Notes under the pieces: generated by a model
Told to the model about the DNA's origin: nothing
The model's input: only the letters and a program-made list of their open reading frames with translations
Database searches by the model: none
Virus genome (UHGV): UHGV-0321997
Direction: 5' to 3' (one strand)
Source: a virus
Length of the DNA: 35,188 bases
Program-made: the position numbers and the translations under genes
Shown: piece after piece, positions 16,177 to 24,720 of the stretch
Numbering within the stretch: the stretch's first letter is position 1
How the letters are laid out: the number at the start of each line of letters is the position of its first letter

Positions 16177-16608
16177 GTGAGAAAGATGTGGGTTTCAAGA
16201 CGATCATGGGATTGCTTGCTGTATCGCATCAAAAAGTGTGAAGATGACATCAAAATTCAGAAGGAAAATACGGAGAATTTAATCAGGAATACTGCAAAAA
16301 AAATTCTTGAACAACCAGAAGAGTTGCGCGAAGAAATTCAGGGGGTTGAACGTATCGAAAAATATATCGATGAGTTTATAGGTCTTGACGAAGAAAATAA
16401 GGATAGAAAGATAAAAAAATTCGATGTATTGAAATCCATTACTAGAGAGAAAGAGTTTTCTAATATGGTATTTGGCTTGATCGAAGTCAAAAAAACTCCT
16501 GAAGCATTTGCAGAACTTCTTGAAGAGGAGATGCCTGAAAAAGAGCTACCTCATTTAAAAGAAGCAGCTCTTAATGGTTATCCGTTGTTTTTCTCTGGCA
16601 TGCAGTGA
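16177..16608 (+). CDS. Hypothetical early protein (143 aa, helical, no HTH).
   Basis: First ORF of the early operon. GTG at 16177 or ATG at 16186 with RBS GAGGTGAG. Confidence 0.5.
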   Translation: MRKMWVSRRSWDCLLYRIKKCEDDIKIQKENTENLIRNTAKKILEQPEELREEIQGVERIEKYIDEFIGLDEENKDRKIKKFDVLKSITREKEFSNMVFGLIEVKKTPEAFAELLEEEMPEKELPHLKEAALNGYPLFFSGMQ

Positions 16609-16835
16609 GCGCATCCGTTTCTTCTGATGTCAAGCATGGAAGAAAAAACAACAGCTTCCTCATAGGAACTGCAATTAAAGATATGTTCGGACTTTATATC
16701 ATTTATGCGGCAGCACGAGGTTTCGCGGTCTAAATCATGGATTTCACCAGTGTTTTTATTAAGCACATAGCGATTGCCGTTAAATGGCGAATTACAACGT
16801 CTCATAAAATCGCTCCTTTCGTAATACTCAGGCAT
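16578..16835 (-). CDS. Cys-rich small protein on the opposite strand (85 aa), hypothetical.
   Basis: ATG-initiated ORF on the - strand lying in an otherwise non-coding 320-bp gap of the + operon. Six Cys, including CC and CAHC. Confidence 0.3.
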   Translation of the reverse strand: MPEYYERSDFMRRCNSPFNGNRYVLNKNTGEIHDLDRETSCCRINDIKSEHIFNCSSYEEAVVFSSMLDIRRNGCAHCMPEKNNG

Positions 16836-16931
16836 GGCAGTGCCCTGTATTTACAGTATAGGAGATAAACAAAAAGAAAGCAATCCCGCCACGGAGGTTA
16901 CGACGGCAATAAAAATAGGAGGTAAAAGGTA

Positions 16932-17645
16932 TTGAACAAATTGCAGCAAAAATTAGATAGCCGAGAAGTGGCTGAAATGGTTGGAAAGGAACACAAGAAC
17001 ATCATCAGAGACATAAGAGGGTATTTAGAAGAATTTTCACAGCTCAATTTTGAGCCGTCAGATTTCTTCCATGAATCTACATATAAGCGTCGCGGAAAAG
17101 AATACCCGTGCTATTTAATCACAAAAGAGGGCTGCGAATTTATCGCCCACAAACTCACAGGAGTCAAAGGGACGGAGTTCACAGCAAAATACATCAAACG
17201 GTTTCATGAGATGGAAAATATCATCAAAGAGCACGTTCCGCAGGGTAAAGAACTTCTTGCACTGGCAGTTCTGGAAGCGCATAAGACCATTGAAGAGCAG
17301 ACAGCGCAGATTGAGGAAATGAAGCCGAAAGCGATATTTGCGGATGCTGTCGCTACCAGTCATACATCCATCTTAATCGGCGATCTGGCGAAGATTTTGA
17401 AACAGAACGGCGTTGAAACAGGGCAGAAGCGCTTATTTGAGTGGTTGCGTGAAAATGGATATCTGAGTAAGAGAAAAGGAACGGAATGGAACTCGCCCAC
17501 ACAGAAATCTATGAATTTAGGGCTGTTTGAAGTGAAAGAGACAACAGCTATGAATCCAGATGGTTCCGTTCGGATTAACAAAACCACAAAAGTAACCGGC
17601 AAAGGACAGCAGTATTTTATCAACAAATTCCTGAATGTAGCATAG
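16932..17645 (+). CDS. Antirepressor (N-terminal Rha/pRha domain plus C-terminal KilA-C/AntB domain).
   Basis: TTG start 8 nt after AGGAGGT. N-terminus SREVAEMVGKEHKNIIRDIR is Rha-like. 237 aa. Confidence 0.75.
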   Translation: MNKLQQKLDSREVAEMVGKEHKNIIRDIRGYLEEFSQLNFEPSDFFHESTYKRRGKEYPCYLITKEGCEFIAHKLTGVKGTEFTAKYIKRFHEMENIIKEHVPQGKELLALAVLEAHKTIEEQTAQIEEMKPKAIFADAVATSHTSILIGDLAKILKQNGVETGQKRLFEWLRENGYLSKRKGTEWNSPTQKSMNLGLFEVKETTAMNPDGSVRINKTTKVTGKGQQYFINKFLNVA

Positions 17646-17654
17646 GAGGTACAC

Positions 17655-17810
17655 ATGAGCGAAAAAGAGAAAGAAATCATCAGAAAAGTGGCGCAAGCAC
17701 TGCCGGATATGTCGGACATGAATAAAGGGTATTTTCTCGGCTTTGCAGAAGCTATGGCATCTCAGAAGAGCCAGAAGAACGAAGAAAATAAAGAAAAAGA
17801 AGATGACTAG
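17655..17810 (+). CDS. Small acidic protein (51 aa).
   Basis: Strong RBS AGGAGGT before the ATG. Under the 60-aa track cut-off. Confidence 0.4.
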   Translation: MSEKEKEIIRKVAQALPDMSDMNKGYFLGFAEAMASQKSQKNEENKEKEDD

Positions 17811-18023
17811 GACAACATATCTTGGACAATCCATCCGTCATACATATTAGAGAGGTGGTGCAAGTGACTATAAAGAACATCGTAGTAATCAACGGTAAAG
17901 AGGTGGAGATCAGAGATCTTCCGGACGCTGAATTATTTGCAGAAAAATTAAACCGGAAAGCTCTGACAGCAAGAAATTACACGGAAGAGAAAACCGCTTA
18001 GGCGGTAGAAGGGAGGACAAGCT

Positions 18024-18209
18024 ATGAAAAGGCTAACAATCAATCAAATTGAGAAATTTATCCAGACACTGGAATCCACAGAAAGGGTTGGTGGGTATTC
18101 TGAGGAGCAAAAGTTACACGCAATCGCCTGTCTGGAAAATTACAGAATGGGGTTGGAAATCCGAGGTAAAAAATCCGTGAAATTAAAGGAGGACAAGCAT
18201 GGAAATTAA
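18024..18209 (+). CDS. Hypothetical small protein (61 aa).
   Basis: RBS GGGAGGACAAGC before the ATG. Confidence 0.4.
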   Translation: MKRLTINQIEKFIQTLESTERVGGYSEEQKLHAIACLENYRMGLEIRGKKSVKLKEDKHGN

Positions 18210-18387
18210 AGGAACCTACCACTGCCAGACTACTCAACACACCAACACATTAAATAGCTGGGATATCCGGTCAGTCTCCGTAGATCTGCCAGAAGAAAAG
18301 GACAAGCCTTACTGGCATAAGGTTGCAGCATCTGTGATCGGGTTTGGACTGGTGCTACTGTCGTGGTATCTGGTGTTTGGGTATTAA
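18199..18387 (+). CDS. Small membrane protein (62 aa, C-terminal TM helix).
   Basis: RBS AGGAGGACAAGC. Hydrophobic C-terminus VIGFGLVLLSWYLVFGY. Confidence 0.4.
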   Translation: MEIKGTYHCQTTQHTNTLNSWDIRSVSVDLPEEKDKPYWHKVAASVIGFGLVLLSWYLVFGY

Positions 18388-18470
18388 AAATGAGCACCTA
18401 CGAAAAGGGTAAATGTAGGTACTCAGGTAAAAAATCAATTTAATTTTAAGCGAAAAGGAGAGAAATGTAA

Positions 18471-18929
18471 ATGAAAAAATTTGAATTAACCAGCGAATTT
18501 GTAACTTTTTTAGGAAAGACGCTCTTTAGAATCAAGGCTCTTGTGTCGTTTGGTGATGTAGCAGAGGGAGAATTGGGCGGATTTATAGAAAGGGAGAATA
18601 ATCTTGACCAGTCCGGTAACGCTTGGGTATCCGGTAACGCTAAGGTATTCGGTAACGCTAAGGTATTCGGTAACGCTTGGGTATCCGGTGACGCTCGGGT
18701 TCAAAACTGCCGTGATTATTCTGCTACAAGCTGCTTCGGATCGGAAAATAGGACGACAACATTTTTCCGCACGAAAGACGGCGGAATCAGCGTGAGATGT
18801 GGATGTTTTTACGGAACACTGAGGGAATTTAGAGAAAAGGTGAAAGAACGACACGGAGACAGTCGACTGGCAAAGGAATATTTGATGCTGGCAGATTTGA
18901 TGGAGTTTAGATTGTCTAAGGATGAGTAG
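18471..18929 (+). CDS. Hexapeptide-repeat (left-handed beta-helix-like) protein, hypothetical.
   Basis: Contains SGNAWV-SGNAKV-FGNAKV-FGNAWV-SGDARV, encoded by an 18-bp tandem DNA repeat. 152 aa. Confidence 0.55.
   Translation: MKKFELTSEFVTFLGKTLFRIKALVSFGDVAEGELGGFIERENNLDQSGNAWVSGNAKVFGNAKVFGNAWVSGDARVQNCRDYSATSCFGSENRTTTFFRTKDGGISVRCGCFYGTLREFREKVKERHGDSRLAKEYLMLADLMEFRLSKDE
18615..18704 (+). repeat. Tandem 18-bp repeat, 5 units (A-B-B-A-C), inside a CDS.
   Basis: GGTAACGCTTGGGTATCC / GGTAACGCTAAGGTATTC x2 / GGTAACGCTTGGGTATCC / GGTGACGCTCGGGTTCAA. Confidence 0.85.
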
Positions 18930-18940
18930 GAGGATAAGCA

Positions 18941-19156
18941 ATGGATAACAATAAAATTTATGTAAGCGAACAGGAATATGCCCGTCTTTGCAGATTAGAT
19001 GGGAAGATGGATGCGTTGATCGGGTATATCGCAATGGCTGAAAAGGAGTATGAATCAAGAAGAAACACTGAGTTTACCACATATAACACAGATGACGATA
19101 AGTATTTTTTAGATGCAAATGTTGTAAAAGCAATTATTGGCATGGAGGACGAATGA
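18941..19156 (+). CDS. Hypothetical protein (71 aa).
   Basis: RBS GTAGGAGGATAAGC before the ATG. Confidence 0.4.
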   Translation: MDNNKIYVSEQEYARLCRLDGKMDALIGYIAMAEKEYESRRNTEFTTYNTDDDKYFLDANVVKAIIGMEDE

Positions 19157-19368
19157 TGTATGTAGGTATCGGATCGGAAAAAGGAAAGAAAGTGCGTGAC
19201 GAAGATGCGTTCCCTTACGCTTGCGAACGAATCAATAATGGTACGGAAAGAGAACAGGAAGTATTTATGCAGATCATGAAGGAAGCTGAAAGTTTTTACA
19301 TGGCAGTGATCGCAGTGGTCCTGTGGTATTTTTCCGGAAATTGGGTTCATGAGGAGGTGAAGCCATGA
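19153..19368 (+). CDS. Hypothetical protein (71 aa).
   Basis: ATGA overlap with the upstream gene. Confidence 0.35.
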   Translation: MMYVGIGSEKGKKVRDEDAFPYACERINNGTEREQEVFMQIMKEAESFYMAVIAVVLWYFSGNWVHEEVKP

Positions 19369-19526
19369 TTACAATGCAAGACCGTAAGAAGCGGATTGAA
19401 GATCTGCTAGATGAGCGTCTCGGAATGATCGAGAGCGGGGAGGTGAATACATATTATCAGACTAGGGATATCGCAAATCTAACACAGGCACTTTTAAATA
19501 TTGTGAGAATTATGAAGGAGGAATGA
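19365..19526 (+). CDS. Hypothetical small protein (53 aa).
   Basis: ATGA overlaps at both ends. RBS GAGGAGGTGAAGCC. Confidence 0.3.
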   Translation: MITMQDRKKRIEDLLDERLGMIESGEVNTYYQTRDIANLTQALLNIVRIMKEE

Positions 19527-20173
19527 TTATGGCTAAGGTAATCGGTGTAATTGGTGAGAGTGGCGCAGGAAAAACTACATCCATGCGAAACTTAAACCCA
19601 GAGGAGACATTTTACATTGACTGCGACAAAAAAGGATTGTCTTGGAAAGGATGGAAGAAGCAGTACATCGAAGGCAAGAACTACTTCCGCGGAGACGTGC
19701 CGACAAATGTAATGCAATGCTTAAAAGCAATCAATGGAAACGAGAAATATAAAGACTTTAAGACCGTGATTGTGGACACGCTAAACGGAATTATGGTAGC
19801 TGAGGAAATGAGAAACGTAAAAGTTGCAGGATACGGAAAGTGGACGGATTTGGCGTCTTATATCTACGAGATTGTGGATTTTGCACTTTCCATGCGTGAC
19901 GATTTAACAGTTATTTTTATTTGCCATTCCGAAACTGTTTCGGACGATAACGGGATGATTTTCACGAGAATCAAAACGAATGGTCGCAAGTTGGACAAGA
20001 TTGTGTTGGAAAGCAAATTTACAACAGTATTGCTCGCAGAATGTAAGGATGGAAAGTATATTTTCCATACACACGCAGACCGGAGTTCCGTAAAAACACC
20101 GCTAGGTGCGTTTGAACAGGACGAGATCGACAATGACATAGTGGAAGTAATAAATGCATTGGAGGAGTACTAA
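19523..20173 (+). CDS. AAA_24-family P-loop ATPase (Sak4-like recombination protein).
   Basis: Walker A GESGAGKTT, Walker B-like VIVDTL, then IFICHSE. Size 216 aa, typical of phage Sak4. Confidence 0.65.
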   Translation: MIMAKVIGVIGESGAGKTTSMRNLNPEETFYIDCDKKGLSWKGWKKQYIEGKNYFRGDVPTNVMQCLKAINGNEKYKDFKTVIVDTLNGIMVAEEMRNVKVAGYGKWTDLASYIYEIVDFALSMRDDLTVIFICHSETVSDDNGMIFTRIKTNGRKLDKIVLESKFTTVLLAECKDGKYIFHTHADRSSVKTPLGAFEQDEIDNDIVEVINALEEY

Positions 20174-20175
20174 AA

Positions 20176-20463
20176 ATGGAAGAATGGAAAAGAGGATATA
20201 AACCATTTATGCATATTTATGCAATTCCGCCAATCGATCTTTGGGAGAATGCTCTTGTTCCGAGCATGGATGAGGAGTTAAGAGTTATGGCTTATATGCC
20301 GGAAGAGCCAAGAGATGGTTCGGTGTATAAATTATATGTTCCATGCCCTGATACATTTCAGTTGGAGCCGATCTATTTATGCAAGGCAGAAAACAACGGA
20401 ACAGTATATATCTTTTCGGATATACCAGTAACACTTAAAACAGATTATTTTGAAGAATTATAA
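20176..20463 (+). CDS. Hypothetical protein (95 aa).
   Basis: ORF between Sak4 and the SSB-like gene. Confidence 0.4.
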   Translation: MEEWKRGYKPFMHIYAIPPIDLWENALVPSMDEELRVMAYMPEEPRDGSVYKLYVPCPDTFQLEPIYLCKAENNGTVYIFSDIPVTLKTDYFEEL

Positions 20464-20476
20464 GGAGATTATTATT

Positions 20477-21058
20477 ATGAAAAAACCAACAGGATACGAC
20501 GAATTACAGGTAACATTTACACCAGTGGAGTTAGGCGGACACCATGCAATCATTAAGAATGTAAGAGAGATGCAGTCGAGGACAGGAAAAGCAATGATCG
20601 TTGTCTCCATCGACTTTGCGCAAAACGACAAGCAGCCAAACTACTTCATGCATAGTTTCGACAATGATATCAGAGCGGATAAAAAATGGCCATTTCAGGG
20701 GACACAATACATTTTATCCGAAGGTAACGATGGCAAAGTGTCTCGATCATTTAAGCAATTCATTGAAGCGTTTGAGGAGTCGAATAACCTTGAGGCTACA
20801 TGGGGCGATGCGTTCTGCAATCAGTTTAAAGGTAGAAAAATTGGAGTTGTATTTGGGAACGTAGAAGAAGAGTACAACGGAGAAGTTAAAAAGAGAAGGA
20901 GAATTAGATGGTTCTGCAATGACAGTGCGGTTGACAACGCAAGGATTCCAGAGGACAAGCTGCTACCTACAAGTTCGAGACAGCCTGCTCCGCCTGTGAC
21001 AGATAAAGATGGATTTATGAGCATCCCAGATGGCTCAGAAGAGGAGATTCCATTTTAA
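20477..21058 (+). CDS. SSB-like (Sak4-associated) single-strand DNA-binding protein with a C-terminal acidic tail ...EEEIPF.
   Basis: RBS AAGGAG. The C-terminal SEEEIPF resembles the bacterial SSB tail DDDIPF. Position is next to an AAA_24 gene. Confidence 0.45.
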   Translation: MKKPTGYDELQVTFTPVELGGHHAIIKNVREMQSRTGKAMIVVSIDFAQNDKQPNYFMHSFDNDIRADKKWPFQGTQYILSEGNDGKVSRSFKQFIEAFEESNNLEATWGDAFCNQFKGRKIGVVFGNVEEEYNGEVKKRRRIRWFCNDSAVDNARIPEDKLLPTSSRQPAPPVTDKDGFMSIPDGSEEEIPF

Positions 21059-21561
21059 TGTTGGTGCAGGCAGATACTCGCGAAAAAAAGAAAGAATGGG
21101 AAAGAATAGAAAAGCAATTTCAAAGCGCTGGGGTGGATTATTTCCGCTCCAAGCTCTACATAGGAGACTATTGCAACGTAGATAACCCAAGACTGGTAAT
21201 CGACCGTAAAAAGGATTTATTAGAATTGGCGGGGAATGTTACGCAAGATCACAAACGCTTCCATGACGAGCTTGTCAGGGCGGTAGCAAAGGGATTTAAA
21301 ATCATTATACTCTGTGAGCACGGAAAAGGAATCCAGTCTTTGGAAGATATTATCTTCTGGGAGAATCCAAGGCTAAAGAAATACGAATGGGTTATGGAGA
21401 ATGGTCATCCGGTTAAAAAGCAGAAATACCCAAAAGCAACAAAAGGAACTAGCTTGTATAAATGCTTGAAAACCATCCAAGATAGGTACGGAGTAGAGTT
21501 CGAGTTTTGCGATAAGGGAGAGACAGGGTTTAAGATTTTGGAATTGCTGGAAAGGAAGTGA
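21058..21561 (+). CDS. ERCC4-type nuclease (probable Holliday-junction resolvase).
   Basis: VQADTREK...YIGDY...VIDRKKDLLEL matches the ERCC4 motif GDY...ERK...DL. Confidence 0.6.
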   Translation: MLVQADTREKKKEWERIEKQFQSAGVDYFRSKLYIGDYCNVDNPRLVIDRKKDLLELAGNVTQDHKRFHDELVRAVAKGFKIIILCEHGKGIQSLEDIIFWENPRLKKYEWVMENGHPVKKQKYPKATKGTSLYKCLKTIQDRYGVEFEFCDKGETGFKILELLERK

Positions 21562-22070
21562 ACATGCACTTTCAAGGTTGGGTGAAATTACACCGAAAAT
21601 TAATGGAAAATGAAGTTATCTGGGACACGAAAGAGCCATTCGACCGAAGAAGTGCATGGTTGTATTTGGTCATGATGGCGAACCATGAAGACCGACAGAT
21701 TGCAATAGGCAGCTCAGTAAGAGTTATACATAGAGGTGAACATTGGACTTCTTTTCGGTCTTTAAAAGAGAAGTGGCACTGGGACAGCATAGACAGGGTT
21801 CGGCGCTACATTAACATGCTTGTCGAGGCAAAAATGATTACAGTAAACAGTACAAGCAACGGGACGCTTGTAACCCTTGTAAACTATGGGGATTATCAAG
21901 GTTCGCAGGACACCAAACGAGACACTAAACAGTACACGGACAAGTACACGGGCGAGACACAGACAAGTACACGGGCACTACCCAAACAAGAAGTAAAGAA
22001 TATAAAGAATGAGAAAGAAGTAAAGAAATGTAGTTCGGCTTCGCCGTATTCCGGGGGTGAGTGGCAATGA
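21558..22070 (+). CDS. Replication protein, replisome-organizer-like (N-terminal domain).
   Basis: N-terminal WVKLHRKLMENEVIWD...AWLYLVMMANHED resembles the phage replisome organizer N-domain. Lies upstream of the primase-helicase. Confidence 0.5.
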   Translation: MNMHFQGWVKLHRKLMENEVIWDTKEPFDRRSAWLYLVMMANHEDRQIAIGSSVRVIHRGEHWTSFRSLKEKWHWDSIDRVRRYINMLVEAKMITVNSTSNGTLVTLVNYGDYQGSQDTKRDTKQYTDKYTGETQTSTRALPKQEVKNIKNEKEVKKCSSASPYSGGEWQ

Positions 22071-24136
22071 TTCAAGAAAAAATTATCAACGAACTTGAAA
22101 TCAGAAAAACGATTCAAATATTAAAACCAGGCAACCAGCTATTTGAAGTTAGAGTGATCGGAGATCGGAAACCATTAAGCGGATATTTCAAAAACGCAGA
22201 TACATTGATTCAAAAACTACATTCCGTTGATTTGAGAAAAACAAACGTGTACATGACATTGAATCAAGTTAACAATGGTTTATTTTCGAGAATACAGTCA
22301 GAGAAGTTTGTAAGTGGTGGTAAGGCAACTGGAGATACAGAGATTGATGGATACAACTTTTTGTTTATTGATTTAGACCCAAAGAGACCGACTGGTATTT
22401 CATCATCTAAAGAAGAATATCTGGAAGCGTGTCAACGTGCAAAGAATATTTCCCAGTATCTTGAAAACTTAGGTTTTGAAAAACCTATCAAGGCAGTTAG
22501 TGGCAATGGTGCCCATTTACTTTACAAAATCCAACTGGCGAACAATGACAAGAATAAGAAACTTGTAGAACGGTGCCTAAAAGCATTGGCGTTGCTATTC
22601 GATGATGATGTGGTTCAAGTTGATACGTCGAACTTCAATCCGAGTCGGGTTTGTAAGTTGTATGGGACATTGGCTCAAAAGGGTGCGGACACCGAGGAGC
22701 GCCCACACCGAATGAGCAGAATTTTCGAATATCCAGACGAAGTCAAGGTAACTGATATTAAGTATCTTGAGAAACTCTCCAAAGAGTATCCGGAAGAAAA
22801 GAAGCCGACTCCGAGTAGATATAACAATTATAACACAGGAACGTTTGATGTGGAAGAGTGGATGAATCGTTATAACATTCGATACAAAGAAGGAACTTGG
22901 AGGGATGGATGCAAGAAATACATTTTGGAGGAGTGTCCATTTGATAGCAATCATAAAGCTCCAGACTCCATGATATTGGTTCAGAGTAATGGTGCGATTG
23001 GATTCAAGTGTTTGCATAATTCTTGTGCAGACAAAACATGGAGAGATGTTCGCTTGATGTTTGAACCAGATGCTTATGACAGGTCGAATGACGATGACAG
23101 AATTGAGCGTGGCTGGAAAGAGCATAACAAGAACAAAAAGGTTGATGAGGTCTTGTACGAACCAATCCAACAGGAGACACTGGATGAGCCAATGTTCGAA
23201 ACAATCAAAATGATCTTTGAGAAGAAGGAAGAGGAAGAAGTGTACATCAAGACATGCTACAACGAAATCGACAGGAAAATGAGAGGATTGCAAAAAGGAT
23301 GTATCTCAGTAGTGTCTGGACTTCGTGGTTCCGCAAAAAGTACATGGCTTTCCAATGTTGGCTTGAACGCAGTAAATAATAATCAAACAGTCATTGTTTA
23401 CTCTGGAGAACTTTCTGACCAGAATTTTGCAAAGTGGTATTTCTTGCAAGCAGCGGGGAAAAGCAAGGTTGTTGCGTCAAAAATGTTTGAAAACGCCTAT
23501 TACGTTCCGGAAAATATCAAAGAGAAAATATCAGACTGGACTGGGGAGAAGTTGTGGCTATACAACAACAAATACGGAAATGACTTCAACATGATCAGCA
23601 AAGTTCTGGTTGAAAAGATTAAAGAAAGACAGGCGGATTTAGTTATCTTGGACAACTTGATGGCATTGAATCTGGAAATGTATGACAAAGATAAATATGA
23701 AGCGCAGACAAAATTTGTTCAAAGCCTGAAGAATATTGCAAATCTTTGCAACGTACATATCATTTTCGTAGCGCATCCAAGAAAAGCAATGGGTTTTCTA
23801 AGGTTGGATGACATTTCCGGAAGCGGTAACATTACAAACTATGTAGACAATGCTTTTATCGTGCATAGGCGAAACGAAGATTTTAAAAGGCTTGGAAAGC
23901 AGATGTTTGGTTGGAAGGATGACCATTATCTTATGCAGGCGAACGTAACTAACGTAGTTGAAATTTGTAAAGATAGAAACAATGGTAATCAGGATGTTTT
24001 TATCCCGCTATATTACGAACCGGAAACAAAGAGATTGAAAAATACACCAGTAGAGAATGTGATATACGGATGGAATACAGATGCAGATGGATTTACAGAA
24101 CTGGATGGTGATGAACTTGAAAAAATTCCATTTTAG
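22067..24136 (+). CDS. Primase-polymerase (PrimPol) / zinc-binding / AAA_25 (RepA-DnaB-like) helicase fusion protein.
   Basis: FIDLDPK and SGNGAHLLY PrimPol motifs. A C..C...H..C zinc motif. Walker A SGLRGSAKST, Walker B LVILDN, then VAHPRK. Ends ...DELEKIPF. Confidence 0.8.
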   Translation: MIQEKIINELEIRKTIQILKPGNQLFEVRVIGDRKPLSGYFKNADTLIQKLHSVDLRKTNVYMTLNQVNNGLFSRIQSEKFVSGGKATGDTEIDGYNFLFIDLDPKRPTGISSSKEEYLEACQRAKNISQYLENLGFEKPIKAVSGNGAHLLYKIQLANNDKNKKLVERCLKALALLFDDDVVQVDTSNFNPSRVCKLYGTLAQKGADTEERPHRMSRIFEYPDEVKVTDIKYLEKLSKEYPEEKKPTPSRYNNYNTGTFDVEEWMNRYNIRYKEGTWRDGCKKYILEECPFDSNHKAPDSMILVQSNGAIGFKCLHNSCADKTWRDVRLMFEPDAYDRSNDDDRIERGWKEHNKNKKVDEVLYEPIQQETLDEPMFETIKMIFEKKEEEEVYIKTCYNEIDRKMRGLQKGCISVVSGLRGSAKSTWLSNVGLNAVNNNQTVIVYSGELSDQNFAKWYFLQAAGKSKVVASKMFENAYYVPENIKEKISDWTGEKLWLYNNKYGNDFNMISKVLVEKIKERQADLVILDNLMALNLEMYDKDKYEAQTKFVQSLKNIANLCNVHIIFVAHPRKAMGFLRLDDISGSGNITNYVDNAFIVHRRNEDFKRLGKQMFGWKDDHYLMQANVTNVVEICKDRNNGNQDVFIPLYYEPETKRLKNTPVENVIYGWNTDADGFTELDGDELEKIPF

Positions 24137-24173
24137 GAGAAAACATGACCAAAAAAAATTGGAGTGAAACATT

Positions 24174-24380
24174 ATGGAGTTAAGAGAAGTTAATTCTATT
24201 TTCAACGATTGCTATAGGCTATATAAAGAATTTTGCAGTAAAAAACTGGATTCAGACGATATGCATGAGTTTATCAAAGCTGTGGATCTGTTAAATAAAA
24301 AGTATAACTGCAAATTGGCAGAGGAGATTCTGTTGGCAGTCATGAATGAGATAGATCGAATTGGAAAAGAAAGAAGATGA
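24174..24380 (+). CDS. Hypothetical protein (68 aa).
   Basis: ORF with ATG. Confidence 0.35.
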   Translation: MELREVNSIFNDCYRLYKEFCSKKLDSDDMHEFIKAVDLLNKKYNCKLAEEILLAVMNEIDRIGKERR

Positions 24381-24384
24381 TTAA

Positions 24385-24720
24385 ATGCAAGAAAGAAAAA
24401 GGGACCTATACGAGCCGTATTTGGACGAAATAAGGCAAATGCTTGAAGATGGGTGCGTAATTACCCATATACACAAGGAAATTGCGAAAAAGAGCGGAAT
24501 TGACGCAAATGTTAAGACGATGAAGCGTTTTATGAGAGAAAAAGGCTTAATCCAGGAGTCTGAATGCGAAAAGACCGAAATCAATAAATTGATAAAGGAT
24601 AAGTTTAAGGGAATCAGTGAATACATGGATTTCTACGAACGTTGGGTGCGGACCAGTTGCCGGCTCAACAGGGCGATGTCGAATCCAAACCGGATATTAA
24701 TGCGGAGGTATTTACAGTAG
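24385..24720 (+). CDS. Hypothetical protein with a possible HTH (111 aa).
   Basis: Segment ITHIHKEIAKKSGIDANVKTMKRFMRE is HTH-like. Confidence 0.4.
   Translation: MQERKRDLYEPYLDEIRQMLEDGCVITHIHKEIAKKSGIDANVKTMKRFMREKGLIQESECEKTEINKLIKDKFKGISEYMDFYERWVRTSCRLNRAMSNPNRILMRRYLQ

Noticed and set aside
18013-18213. Direct repeat GGAGGACAAGC upstream of two consecutive small ORFs (18024 and 18199).
   Set aside because: This is just a shared Shine-Dalgarno plus spacer (GGAGGA-caagc-ATG). A local duplication is possible but there is no evidence for a functional repeat element.
18613-18705. Short tandem repeats that could superficially resemble a CRISPR array.
   Set aside because: The units are contiguous 18-mers with no spacers. 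They are in frame and encode a hexapeptide repeat inside a CDS. No cas genes are present.
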